Shown: positions 1 through 12,330, counted from the stretch's first letter. The stretch: DNA of 64,000 nucleotides from Epiperipatus broadwayi (GCA_028023455.1 JAQFVV010000005.1:13268001-13332000), one strand, 5' to 3'. Notes: generated by a model from the letters alone, not told the origin. Program-made: numbers and translations.

Positions 1-703
1 ACAAGCCTTAAGCTCTTATCCCAAAAGATGGTAAGAGAGCTAAAAAAAAAAGAATATAGATAAAGAATTGGATGAAAAAAAATGTTGCTGTGTGATGTGG
101 AAAATAGAAGTCATACATTAAAAAAATATATATTAAAATCAAACAGAATCATTTATTCTGTAGTAACCAATAATAGTTTTAAATAATATCATAATTATTC
201 ATGCTACATTTTGATATACATTTTTGTGCATCACCATGTAATGTTCTCTAATGATATAAGAAGGATGATATAAGTGGGATATTGTTCAGTAGAGTATCCT
301 TGATTTAAAACTATGGAGAATAATGAATATATAAATAAAAAAATTAATATTATTTCTATTTAATTCTAAGTTGTTACATATTTTTTGTAACTATAATGTA
401 ATAAATTAAAAGCAATATTAATTCCATATACTTGGAGAAAATATTGAAAATATTAATTACAACTCTAATACATTTTTGGTGTTGAGCATATTTGTCAAAG
501 GTGGTCATTATATTTAAGTAACAACTATTTTGAATATAATGATTCCCAATAACAAGAGTTTTCAGTATTAATAATGCATTAAAGTTGGACTTAATATTTC
601 AATGTATTTCCTAATATGTGGCATTAATAGTACTAACACTTTTCACTAAACTTAATAAACAAACCTACACACAAGATTATAATTTACCATTAAAGTATCC
701 TAC

Positions 704-744
704 CCTGAAGCCAGTATCTCCACATTTATTCATCTCACATTGAA
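704..744 (-). CDS. Possible small downstream exon (QCEMNKCGDTGFR) of the EGF gene
   Basis: ttag|TT acceptor in phase 1, compatible with the 4661 donor; two Cys; AGG|gtagga donor; short, so weak. Confidence 0.3.
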
Positions 745-913
745 CTAATCCACCAAACATCACATAATCATCATTTTTTATGCTTGCTCATAACTGTTAT
801 TAAAACAGGAAAAACTCTCCATACAGTAGCGCCACTCAGTGCAAGCCAGAGTAATCAATGGATTCCAGAAGGCTTGTGCATAAAATCCCCATCTAGCGCC
901 TACTCATCCAATA

Positions 914-956
914 TTCCCAGACTATTTTCTGGCTTGTGGCCTTCGTCAGTGAGGAG
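914..956 (-). ncRNA. Minimal type-I hammerhead ribozyme motif, family A
   Basis: RC = CUCCUCA CUGACGA A GGC CACAA GCC A GAAA AUAG UC|UGGGAA; helix I UCCUCA/UGGGAA. Confidence 0.75.
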
Positions 957-1020
957 TATTGGATCTGAGGTGCAGAAGGCTTGTGCAAAAAATTCCCATC
1001 TAGCGCCTACTCATTCAATA

Positions 1021-1063
1021 TCCCCAGAATATTTTCTGGCTTGTGGCCTTCATCAGTGAGGAG
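1021..1063 (-). ncRNA. Minimal type-I hammerhead ribozyme motif, family A
   Basis: RC = CUCCUCA CUGAUGA AGGCCACAAGCCA GAAA AUAU UC|UGGGGA; palindromic AUAU helix-III loop. Confidence 0.75.
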
Positions 1064-1066
1064 TTG

Positions 1067-1109
1067 CTCCTCACTGATGAAGGCCACAAGCCAGAAAATA
1101 GTCTGGGGA
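1067..1109 (+). ncRNA. Minimal type-I hammerhead ribozyme motif, family A
   Basis: CUCCUCA CUGAUGA AGGCCACAAGCCA GAAA AUAG UC|UGGGGA. Confidence 0.75.
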
Positions 1110-1131
1110 TATTACATGAGTAGGCGCCAGA

Positions 1132-1173
1132 TCCTCACTGATGAAGGCCACAAGCCAGAAAATAGTCTGGGGA
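1132..1173 (+). ncRNA. Minimal type-I hammerhead ribozyme motif, family A (tandem with 1067-1109)
   Basis: UCCUCA CUGAUGA AGGCCACAAGCCA GAAA AUAG UC|UGGGGA. Confidence 0.75.
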
Positions 1174-2430
1174 TATTGGATGAGTAGGCGCTAGATGGGA
1201 ATTTTATCACAAGCCTTCTGGCATCTATTGATTAGTATGGCTTGCACTGAGTGGCATTAGTGTGTGGAGAGTTTTGCCTGTTTTAACTCACATTGAACTA
1301 AAGGTGCGATATTAACTAAAAAGTTCAATTTAAATAATATTTTTAATTTATTTATAAAAAGTATAGAGTAATAAGATTATTTAAAATTGATCAATACTTT
1401 AAAAATTTTTATATTGTGTTACATATTATTTCATATAAAAAATTTATTAATGTACATAAATGGGAAATAACCAATTACAGGATAAAGTCCTCTCCTTTGA
1501 TCATATATAGAGAAATTATGAAGCAGATGTAACCATGAAACTTGCCAATTTACAAGGGTAATACTTTGAGTCTTTTTCCATTTTTATTATATCTTCTGTC
1601 ACCATTATCAGCTAATGATCAATAATCATCAATCAAAATAATCCTAAATATTATTACATTAAGTTGATTTTATTTGTTCAATTTTAAAAAGTGGATGGTG
1701 AAAATGCACATTTATTAAATTTAATACTTTTTTAATTATAAATATACATAATAATTCTACTCTGAAAAATAAAAATTATAATTAATCATGTATATGGATG
1801 TGTGTAATAAAAATAATTTGTATACTTTATAAAATTCATAATTATTAATGTGTTGCTTTCTGCATAATTAGTAAGAACATACTTAAACATATTTATTATA
1901 TATAACAAGTTGTGCTCTTATTAAAAAATAAAAATTATTTACTGAGATTAATACATCAATAAAAACATACAACATAAATACTTTCTGAATCTGAATGAGA
2001 CTGAACATGATACCATGTCTAAATGTAACTCTCTGATATATTCTCATCTCTGATATATCTTTCCAATAAAAGCCATTGATATTGAACTTCTTTAAAATAT
2101 CTTTGAGATAATCATTATAACGTAGATGAAATCTAGAAAACTAGTGCTCAAGTTCACCATAAAATACTCTTTTAGAAAATCTTGCATAATTTATTTATTT
2201 TACATGTCTAATCCAATGAAGATATAATTTTACAACAATACACTCTATAATATGGCATTAACCAAGTTGAAGAACATATTGATTGGTTTTATGATCTTAC
2301 CATTATGTTTTTAAATTTTTACAGTGCATTCTTAAATGAAATTTCTCTAATATCTTTATATGGCATCCATAGAATATCCAAGTCTTTTTCTATACAATAA
2401 ATTAGTTAATATAACAGCTCTATAAACACT

Positions 2431-2729
2431 TTAAGCCAATAAACATCACATGATCACCATTTCTTATACTTGCTTATAACTGTTATTAAAACTGGCAAAA
2501 CTCTCTGTACGTATTGTCACTCAGTGCAAGCCAGAGTAATCATTGGATTCCAAAAGGCTTGTGCATAAAATCCCTATCTAGTTCTTACTTATCCAATATC
2601 CCCAGACTGGAATCCATTGATTACTCTGACTTATACTGAGTAGCAATAGATATAGAGAGTGTTACTTGTTTTAATAACAGTTATAAGCAAGCATAAGAAA
2701 TGGTAATCACATGATGTTGATTGGCTTAA
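2431..2729. mobile_element. Palindromic family-A element with the ribozyme truncated at the fold-back junction
   Basis: Outer arms ttaagccaat..aacatcacatgatcacc / ggtaatcacatgatgttgattggcttaa; left arm stops at ccccagact. Confidence 0.8.
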
Positions 2730-2970
2730 AATCAATCCTGCCTAATAGGATAGTGGTGGCTGTGGTTATTAAAAAAACAAAGTCACCAAAATGTATAGAT
2801 ACTGAACTGTATTCAGACCTAAATGACTATATAAGCTAATGAGCTTCGATTAAAAATATTATAGTGTTTTCAATTTAAGACTAGTTTTGAAATTAAGTAG
2901 AGATAAAAGGTGGCTGCTGGAGGATTGCATTAGATTCTAAGATCTAGGTGCAGTGCTCTCAAATCCAAGG

Positions 2971-3013
2971 CTCCTCACTGACGAAAGTCACATGCCAGAA
3001 ACTAGTCTGGGTA
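2971..3013 (+). ncRNA. Hammerhead motif, family A (helix II partly mutated), in element copy about 2940-3110
   Basis: CUCCUCA CUGACGA AAGUCACAUGCCA GAAA CUAG UC|UGGGU; palindromic CUAG loop. Confidence 0.65.
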
Positions 3014-3094
3014 TATTGGATGAGTAGGCACTATATGGGGATCCAATTACTATTCTGGCTTGCAATGAGTGGCAATACCTATAGAGAGTTTTTC

Positions 3095-3330
3095 CTGTTT
3101 TTCTATAAACCCTTAACTTTTTTGTGGTAGTTACTTCCCTGTGATGTAATATTGTATTCTTTAATTTATTAAAAGCAGCAGTAGCACAATGGAAACTGGG
3201 TTGTATCTCAACGTCTAAGTCCACTTTCTACTTATAAAATTGCTAAGGCTGTTAAATTGGTTTACATTCTCAAGGTGATAACCATTCATATAAAAAGATG
3301 CTGACAATGTTTTTTCATCACTGGCCGATA
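3095..3330 (-). mobile_element. RTE-clade LINE fragment (post-RT region), decayed
   Basis: LDVEIQPSFHCATAAFNKLKNTILHHREVTTTKKLRVYR resembles the RTE motif LDxEIxxRIxxAxxAFxxL...TKxxVY. Confidence 0.55.
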
Positions 3331-3765
3331 AAGATCTTGTGGGTTTTTTAAACATTAATTATTAACCAAAGTCTTTAAACATTACTTTCAAAATAACACA
3401 ATCTTCAGCATATGTTAAATCCAGCATACAAAAGGTTGAAACATCGTATCAATAGTGTTTTCAAAAAATCTGTGTCAATCACTATCTCTTGTTGATATGA
3501 AAATGCTTATGCATTAAATATCATAAGCAGTTTTCACCCATTCATTTGAATATTTGAAAAATATAAAAATTTTATTTTCAAAAAATAGAAAATCTATTTT
3601 AGGTTAAATTATAGAAAATACACACACAAAAAAAAACAGCAACAAATTTATAAAAATACTTTTATATAAATATATTAAAAGGTAAAAATAAATTTTCTTT
3701 AACCTTTACAAATAAAAGAACAGGGTGAGTTGGTATTTTGGATCTGCAGTCTAGAATATCCTAGC

Positions 3766-3807
3766 ACCTCACTGAGGAATTCCAAAAGCATGAAACCAGT
3801 CTGATGA
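3766..3807 (+). ncRNA. Degenerate hammerhead motif, family B (element about 3725-3890)
   Basis: ACCUCA CUGAGGA AUUCCAAAAGCAU GAAA CCAG UC|UGAUGA; flanks align with 55476-55530 and 57340-57495. Confidence 0.55.
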
Positions 3808-4660
3808 CAGGAATGATTTCTAGATAGAGATGTTTTAAATGCTTTCTCATGGTGGCAGTTATCTATAAAGCTTGTTAGAGCTTACATACTCATTAGTTTT
3901 TATAATAGGCTGAACATGTTGAGAAATTGTACCAATGACAATCAGACCAATTGTAATTACATCGGAATTAATTACAAGTGATCTAATAAATAATTGACCA
4001 TTGATGCAATTTCTAAACATGATCACACCATTATTTTATTTGTGAAAGTGGAAGAAAATTCATTTTTTTATTTTTTAGTATATTTATGTGAATATAAGCA
4101 TTTTTATACTTATTTGTTTTAAATAGTTCAGAAAATACAAATTTAGATAATTTAGATATAATTTACTACTTCTAGATAGCAGTAACTGTAAAAAGTACTA
4201 AATCTTATATAAAATTAAAATGTTTAATTTTTCATTATTTTTTTTGTTAAAATTATTTAAAAATTCGGAAAAATATACTATCATTGGAACTATGTATTTA
4301 TGCAAATTTTTAATTACATTAAAAATTGAAAATTGTGTGAAAATTGAATTACAAGATTTATCAGCTACATACATGGACAAAAAAACAGTGTAAGTTAACT
4401 AAAAATCTATACTAATAGCAATATGTGTTACCCAATCATTATTGCAATAAAATAAATGAATATTGATAAATTAATAGAATAATATTATTTTTTAAACAAA
4501 ATAATTTAGCTTACTTTTTGTATTAGATAGTGTGGCTCTGATCCTTTTATTATTACTTTTTACTTATTACCAATATAAAATACAAACTAAAATTAGAATT
4601 TCATACTAAATTTTTTTTTTTTCAATTTCATTGAAAGTATATCATCAACATTGCACTTAC

Positions 4661-4792
4661 TCATACATAAAATAGTTCCATTGCCTATATAACCATCTCG
4701 ACAGCTGCAAACATAACCTCCCGGTGTGTTACAACAATCTGCATTCTCAACACATGTTCTAGCAATATCAGCTATAGAACATTCATCGATAT
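4661..4792 (-). CDS. Exon encoding a calcium-binding EGF-like domain (DIDECSIADIARTCVENADCCNTPGGYVCSCRDGYIGNGTILCM)
   Basis: cbEGF consensus D-I-D-E-C...C-x-N-T-x-G-x-Y-x-C-x-C-x-x-G-Y; pyrimidine-rich acceptor ...ttag|AT and donor A|gtaagt; 132 bp, phase 1-1. Confidence 0.9.
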
Positions 4793-5614
4793 CTAATATA
4801 AAAATATATACAAATTTGAACTTTATTATTATAAACAATACATTTTTATTATGGTATAATAAAATGATTTGAAGATTTATTAATTTTAAATAGTTAAATT
4901 AAGCAGTAAAAACAATAATTCACCATTAATTTTATAATTCCAACATCACGTGATCTCTTTTATATGTTTACTCATATGCTTTCAAAAGCCAACAGTAAAT
5001 AACTCTGGAATAGAGTGAAAATAACTGCTCCAATTTTTTAATAGTAATATTGAATTTTCATTCTAAATATTTCATATTTTTTAAAGTTTAGGTAGAGAAA
5101 AGAGGAACTATCATTGATGAATATTGCTTGTTCATAATAACTTCTGCTAGGAAAGGTTTTGGGGGTAAATAAACATAGTTTTCAGACAATCATTTAATAT
5201 TTGTACAAAATTAACTAATGGTGTCTTTTACAAATATTTTTTAATGTATACCTGCTCTCCATCAATAAACATAACTTAGTGAGATCCAGACAGACACATG
5301 TATGTCTGTATGTATATAAGTTATTTTTAGTTAAAAAATAAAACAAAAATAAAAAAATGTTCAGTCATCATTTTCAGCTAAGTGTGGAAAGTATTGCTGA
5401 AAAGGCTTTTAATTTACTATGAAATATATAAAAATTGTTTGCAATGATTAGAGAAATACATTACCGGTGGTGTTGATATTAAAACCTTAAAGCCACACAA
5501 TTCACACTATTTTTTGTCTTGAGTTTAACCAAAGACAAAAAAAAACTATTGTTGGCTATTTGACATATTGTTTAATTCATAATTAATCCATGAATTTAAT
5601 TTGATTAATTAATT

Positions 5615-7186
5615 TAATTAATTATGAATTTGAAAATGAAGATGATGTTGCAAAAGATGATAGAGGTATGGACATATTGCCAGATGAAGTAAGAAAGGCA
5701 ATCACACAAATGAAGAATGGTAAGGCTATTGGATTTGATGCAGTACCTATAGAATTTTTGAGAGAAATGGGAGAATTTACTATGAAGGAAATAGTTGGAC
5801 TTTGCAATTTGATATATAATAGTGGAGTTTGGCCTGAATATTTTTTAAGAACTATAGTGATTCCAATTGCTAAAAAGAAGAAAGCTGCTAAATGTAAAAA
5901 ATATAGAACAATAAGTTTGTTGTCTCATGTTTCTTAAGTTTTATTGAGGATTTTAACTCAAAGGATTTATGTGAAGGTAGATTATTATATTGGTGAAGAA
6001 CAGTTTGTTTTTTGGAAAGGGAAAAGCATAAGAGATGCTATTGGTATTGTTAGGACAATTGCAGAAAGATATATTGAAAGAGATAAAGGAATTGGTATAT
6101 GTTTTGTGGATTTAGAAAAGGCATTTGATAGAGTAGGCTGGAATAAACTGATATCTATCTTGAGAACTAAAGGAGTATTTTGGAAAGAAAGATGATTGAT
6201 ATGGACTATGTATAATGATCAAAGGATAAGAGTTCGATTTGGGAGTAATGTGACTGATGAAAGTGAATATAGAAAGTGGAGTTAGGCAAGCGTGTAATAT
6301 GTCACCTGTTTTGATTAATATTTATTTAGAAGATATGCTAAATAATTATTTGGACTGTAGAAGAGCAAATGTTGGAGGGAGAGTAATAAAGTGTAAAAGA
6401 TTTACAAATGATATAGCTCTTATTGCTGAGGAAAAAAAAGATCTTCAGAATATGTTGAATAAATTGGAAAAAGGATGTATGGCATATGGAATGAAGATTA
6501 ATATTGAAAAGACTAAGTGTTTATGGATAGGGAGAGATGCAAAAAGACTGCAAATTGGAATCCATGATGACATGGTTCAACAGGTGAAGGGATTTAGATA
6601 TTTGGGTAGTTGGTTGAGTTAGGATGGAAGAAGTGAAGATGAAGTTAAAAGAAGAATAGCATTGTCAAAAGTACATTTGTAAGAAGAAAGAAGATATTTT
6701 ATGGACCTATGGAAAGAGAATTAAGGAAGAAATTAATTAAATGTTATGTGTGGAGTGTATCAATGTATGTTTGTGAGACATGGACCTTGAATAATAGAAT
6801 TAAGAAACGATTGGAAGCTTTTGAGATGTGGACATGGAGAAAAATGAAAAAAATCAGTTGGATGACTAAAATAACAAATGAAAAAGAGTAAATGAGGAAA
6901 GAAGATTGATTGAAAATATCAGAGAGAGAAAGAGAAACTGGATTGGACATATATTAAAAAGAAATTATAGTTTGATGAAAGATGTTTTGGAAGAAATGGT
7001 TAGTGGAAATAAAAAGAAAGGACGGAAGAGATTGACATTATTGGATGATATAAGAGATGGGAAGGCTTATGTGGAATTGAAGAAATGGGCAAGAAAGAGA
7101 ATGGAATGGAAGAATGGATGAACTGATGTAATGACTACTCTCTGGACCTGTCTATTGGACAGACTACTATTGATTGATTGATTGAT
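5615..7186 (+). mobile_element. 5'-truncated RTE-clade LINE, RT domain with stops and frameshifts
   Basis: KAIGFDAVPIE, YRTISLLSH, CFVDLEKAFD, GVRQAC, FTND (from FADD), FRYLG, YVCETWT, RNWIGHIL; (ATTG)n tail. Confidence 0.92.
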
Positions 7187-7238
7187 ATATAATAAAGCCA
7201 ATAATGTTCAAGGCTAGATATGTTTATAAATGTAAAAA

Positions 7239-7364
7239 AAAGCAATCAACACTTAAGACAATACCAATATCAATAACAATCTCCATCTGCTGTCAAAAAA
7301 GTTGCCTTGACAACAGATTGAGATTATTGATTGTAATTGATATTGTCTAAGTGTTGATTGCTTT
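7239..7364. repeat. About 125-bp foldback palindrome
   Basis: aaagcaatcaacacttaagacaata ... tattgtctaagtgttgattgcttt. Confidence 0.8.
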
Positions 7365-8583
7365 CAATGAATTTATATATAAAAAAAGAGAGAACAGAAA
7401 AATTTTAATTAATAGGCAAAGTGCAAATATTAAAATTCATGTATCTTGGATTATCACGTGTTAATGTTTACTTCCAGTAAATTTAACATTTTTAACAAGA
7501 AAAAAAGATTATGAAAGTAACAAAAGATATTTCTGAAGTTTTATAATTATTATTATTAATATTTACCATTAATATTTAATTTAGAATTTTAAATGTGTTA
7601 ACATTTCTTTTTATCTCTCTATTTTAAAACTTCTTTTGTTCTTTTCACTTAACTATATTTTTGTTTTATATATTAACAATCATTGTACTCTGGGACAGGG
7701 CATTTTATTTAAATATCAAGAAAATCAAAGTAATCTATCACATCAAAATCCAGCATTGAAAGTTAATTTTAATATATAACAATTGTATTTTGATTCTCTG
7801 GACTGGTAAACATTGATTTGTTTTATTTTAAATGTGATTGTATAGTTTAATTTATTATTCATATATTTAATTAAATAGTTTTATTAAAATAGTTTAATAT
7901 TCATGGAAGTACTATTTTTTATACTCTATTATTCCTTTATATCCTCTCTAGATAGTGACTGATAGTCATTAGAATGGAAGATTGTATTCTAAATACTTGT
8001 CTAAAACCAGGATAAAAAACTGAAAGGAATTAAAAATAGCATTTAATTTCACATGGAACCAGTTCATCTGAGAAGCAGAAGTATCTTCATGTTGTCTCAA
8101 TGAATTGCAAATAAAGAGGTTTACTGGAATTTTTTTAAAATTGAAATTGTTAGATAACCTTCAGCTACCAGAGGACTTCAACAACCACATCTGTCATAAT
8201 ATATGTGTGTTGAAGAGCAACAATTCTTCTAACAGCCATAAAGTAAAAATTTTGTAAAATGTTGCATGTTTAACTGTAAATCAAGCAAAATGAATTGTTA
8301 AACTTACCTCCTGATAAGTTCTTGAAAAAGTTAGACACACAAGTGTTTTGTAAGAATTTTTAACATCATTCATGTGATGGTTAGAAAATTCATTGTTCTC
8401 AATATATTTACATAATATTCCATATTGTTTATTTTTTAATATTATATATATTAATTCTAATATTCTTATGGATGAATGATAATTTCATAATATTAAGGTA
8501 TTTTTGGGAAATTCCCTATAGTACAAACAATATATATATCAAAATATTAATATATAACAAACTAACCAAAGGAAATACATATA

Positions 8584-8801
8584 AAAACAAAAAAAGACTT
8601 ATAAATCCAATAAATAATATTATATTTCAACCAGAGGACTGGTTTTCATCAGAAAGAAAAAAAATACACAGTAAAATGGCGGTAATCAAAAATTACAGAT
8701 TATCGCCATTTTACTGTGTATTTTTTTTCTTTCTGATGAAAACCAGTCCTCTGGTTGAAATATAATATTATTTATTGGATTTATAAGTCTTTTTTTGTTT
8801 A
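8584..8801. mobile_element. Palindrome of Penelope-like 3' end (family D) with a hammerhead core in each arm (8619-8656 minus, 8733-8766 plus); helix I defective
   Basis: CTGATGAAAACCAGTCCTCTGGTTGAAATAT nearly identical to the motif at 28244-28285 downstream of the PLE ORF. Confidence 0.75.
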
Positions 8802-8954
8802 TATATATATAAGCAGGAAAGCAATATAATTTTAATTTATATATAATTAAGGAAAGCAAGTCAGTCTCCCTTAGGCTGTGAATAAATAATACTTTGTATG
8901 CTTAGCAAAAATAAAATAGACCATCTATTTTTAAAAATTTTGATTTTTTTTAAG

Positions 8955-9177
8955 CCCTTGCTGATATTGGTGAAAATTCAGAATTAAATTAATGCACTAT
9001 CCAGATAAATATATGCTGTTAATAATTATTAAACTAGTAATCAATTTTAAAGTTACTAAAAGTTAAATTCTATTTACATCTTCCTCTAATTACTTATTAG
9101 TTTAATAATTATTAATGCCATATTTCATCTGGTTGGTTTATTAATTTCACTCTGAATTTCCACCAATGTTAGCGAGG
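8955..9177. repeat. Imperfect foldback / MITE-like element with about 85-bp arms
   Basis: cccttgctgatattggtgaaaattcaga...ttaataattattaaacta versus tagtttaataattattaa...tctgaatttccaccaatgttagcgagg. Confidence 0.7.
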
Positions 9178-9312
9178 TATATTTCTAAACTGTTAAAAAA
9201 AGTTGTAATTTTATTTCATTTTTTATCCTTATTAAACACATCCATATGACTTAAGTAAACCAACAGCAATAAAAAGTTTCCTAATCACTATCTTTTTTTA
9301 ACATCTACTTAC

Positions 9313-9429
9313 CCTTACAAATTAATCCATTTCCTGTGTAACCAAAGTTGCATGTACAATAATAAGAGCCAAGCGTGTTACTACATGAAGCAAATATATC
9401 ACATGGTTGATCCAGGCACTCATTCTCAT
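9313..9429 (-). CDS. Exon encoding a calcium-binding EGF-like domain (DENECLDQPCDIFASCSNTLGSYYCTCNFGYTGNGLICK); not in the ORF track
   Basis: Manual reverse-strand translation; acceptor ttcttttccag|AT, donor G|gtaagt; 117 bp, phase 1-1; splices in frame to 4661-4792. Confidence 0.9.
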
Positions 9430-11059
9430 CTGGAAAAGAATAATTTGAAATCAGCTACACAGATAAAAATATACTGCACTCCTTAATAATTAATTAGCTA
9501 ATAAAAAAAACTTCAAAATTACATATAATAAATAAACTAGCTGTTAATATGCAAATGCTTGGACATTAAAAATAATTGCTATTAAGTAAATGTAACAAAT
9601 GGTCTATCATTTGCCAAATCACATGATTTCCAATCACAGTGATCCATAGAATTTTATCTCTACCATTGCATTAAATCATGCAGAATTTTCTGAAAGTATC
9701 TAATTTTGTATCAATTTAAAAATTATTGCATTTATTCTGAGTTTTCTATCTCCTCTCCATAATTTAATTTTGATTATATGATTAGGCAGTGCTTTCTGAT
9801 TACTCATAATTTTCAGTGAATATGCATATTTTTTTATTTATCACTTTATTATTAAAATGTACTTTTTTTCTGATTGTAATTCAATACTCCCTTTTTTAAA
9901 AAATTATATCAGATATCCTCTTAAAGTGAGAATTAAGTGATTTTTTTAAACTTTGTACAGATCATAAATTGTTTAAAATACATCAGTGTATCATGTCCAA
10001 TATTGTCCAAATATTGCTTTTGCAGCTGAAAGACTGTGGATCTAAATGTGTGTAAAAAACATAATGTTAATGCTTTAAAAATATAACTTCAAATTTACAC
10101 ATTTTTGCCATATAGGAATAGATCGCAATGACCATATACTTATCACAACACTGTATATATATATATATAATTGCAATGCTATTTGCACACTTAAAGAATT
10201 TATCATATTAACAATAATTCAGTAAACTCCATTCTTTTGATTATAACTTTTTACACCCATAAAATATTTATATGCTTCTTAAAATTTAAATATTAAATAT
10301 AATCTATATTCATAAATGTTAATAACTATTGTATATGCATACATTTTATGTTTACTTTTATATAAACAAAAAATAAATAAATAAAAATTTATTGATTAGT
10401 TTCTCCATTTTGTATATTTTTTCACTGAAATCTATTTGTAAAAATTAAAAATCAATTAGAATTTATAAGTATTTATAAGTTTTTAGTTATCTATGATTTT
10501 TCTATAATTTTATTTTAACATGTTTGATTGTACAGTGATTTTTTTAAATGTATATTCATAATTAAATTATATTACTTAAATAAATTATAACTTTTTCTAA
10601 AATAATAAAAGTATGGTTAGTTTTATTAACAGTTTTTTCATAATTAAATTGTTAAATTAATGCAATTTAAGTTATATGCACAGATTAATGATATATATAT
10701 ATACGACACTATATAAAATGTGTATGGTGGGAATCATCAATTCAATAGTTTAATCTTTTTACAATGCCAAGCCTTGTAAGTTTTGGTTCAGCAATAAGAG
10801 TGGCAGACTTGGTGGTCAAATTTTAGGAATCATGTTCCAAAAGATCATTTCCAAATTTCTTATAAACTTCTAAGCAATAAATAATTCAATTATTTTTTTA
10901 TGTAATGTTTAGAATATTTTAAAAGTTGACTAAATCACATGAGAAAATTTTTAATTATTTGTTTTGTTAAAAATACCATCAATTATTGCATTCATTTGAA
11001 ATTATTAAACACCTAATCCACTGATACATACATATATATATATATTGTATCAGAAAACT

Positions 11060-11570
11060 GGATGATGCATACACCGTATTGTCGATTTATCTAAGTACAA
11101 ATAGATGAAGAACTTATATACAAATCCCATTTCATAACATCTGAATAATCTGTTTTATCATTATTTTCTTGGCATCTATATACCATATAATAATCTAACT
11201 TATATTTTAATAAGTTTTAATTAATGCTGATGATGAAGATCAAACTATGCATTACTTAAATAACAATTTTATGCCACTTATACAAGATACCCAGAATATA
11301 TTTCCTGATCACCATATACCAAATCATCTCACAGAGAATTGTATTTAACTCCCATACACAAGTATTTATACAAATATAAGCTTGAACTACATCATTTCTG
11401 TCTATGAGAACCACTTTCATTTTTAAAGACTACCTATGAATATATTATCCTTGAGAAACACCATCTCAATTTTACTCCAATAACACCTTGGCATTCATCC
11501 AGCTCAGACAATGATTTCCCAGATCAAAAGCAAATTGTTCGGGAATATACTTGGAATGAGACTAATTAAA
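11060..11570 (-). mobile_element. Highly decayed non-LTR retrotransposon remnant (R4/Dong-like?)
   Basis: Reverse strand gives YKYL(C) and downstream MHHP motifs in the order seen in R4/Dong RT C-terminal regions; many stops. Confidence 0.35.
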
Positions 11571-11774
11571 TAAAACAATTTATTTAACTAGCTTGATTGG
11601 TATCTATTGTTATAAATATTAATTTTTATTTAACCAACAACATTACAATTTTTCTCCATCATCTAATGTTAAGAAATGAATGTGTTTTTTTTTTTTATTA
11701 AAGTTTATTTAAACTTCCTAAATACATTCGACTATTAATAATAGCACACATGTTACATTTTAAATAGTATTATT

Positions 11775-11892
11775 CTCCTCTCATTCTCAGGTGTTGCTGG
11801 CAGTGATAATGTAAGCATAGGAATTGAACCAAGATCTTTAGATTCATGAATATTGAATTTTTTGGTAATGCTTTAACCAACTGAGCTATTAA
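11775..11892 (-). mobile_element. tRNA-derived SINE head / tRNA pseudogene
   Basis: RC has A box TAGCTCAGTTGGTTAAAGC and B box GGTTCAATTCC; anticodon arm disrupted. Confidence 0.7.
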
Positions 11893-11989
11893 ACAAAGGC
11901 AACAGTCAGTAGAAATTTCATATACTTATTTATAATAGCACTTTTGATTTGTCTGCTTTTCTCTTAGGAACAACTTAGGGAGTTCCAGA

Positions 11990-12330
11990 TATTGTGTACA
12001 ATCATACAGAATTGATTTGTGGGGTTATTTGCCATTTCTTTTTTGTATTTCTTCTTCTCTTATGTAATATTTTTGTATTTTTCTAATTGAACATAAGTTC
12101 ATTGGTACATGCATGGCCTATTACTTTGGATAAGTCTGTTTTATCTTTTCTAATCACCAGTTTGTGCTTTTTCAATTACTTTTGAATGGGACAGGTCTCA
12201 CTAATATACTTTTGCCCACAATGACATGATATTTTATAAATGCAGTTTTTGTTTGTCAGCATTTCAAGCTTAGGTTTTGTAGATGTTAAAAATTCATCTT
12301 AGTGTGTTATGGCTTGATAAATTGTATTAA
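11990..12330 (-). mobile_element. Decayed Penelope-like GIY-YIG endonuclease remnant
   Basis: RC translates CIYKISCHCGQKYISET ... KHKLVIRK ... HAC ... NTKILHK, matching the PLE VYxIxCxCGxxYIGET...H...H pattern. Confidence 0.65.

Larger units (their letters stand above)
749..1286. mobile_element. Palindromic non-coding element (family A) carrying four hammerhead motifs, flanked by a 15-bp target-site duplication
   Basis: CTCACATTGAACTAA at 734-748 and 1287-1301; arms invert around 1064-1066; homologous to 2431-2729, 2940-3110, 19239-19338 and 30801-30997. Confidence 0.85.

Noticed and set aside
784-1187. ORF-track peptides of 91 and 68 aa
   Set aside because: They lie entirely within the ribozyme palindrome and show the same repeated text in both orientations; non-coding
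5930-6900. In-frame stops in TE and ZF ORFs as a sign of an alternative genetic code
   Set aside because: Stops replace varied residues, co-occur with frameshifts, and the EGF exons are stop-free under the standard code
8472-8765. 97-aa ORF and the many other 60-90 aa Ile/Phe/Lys-rich ORFs in the track
   Set aside because: Low-complexity translations of AT-rich or palindromic DNA with no motifs or splice support
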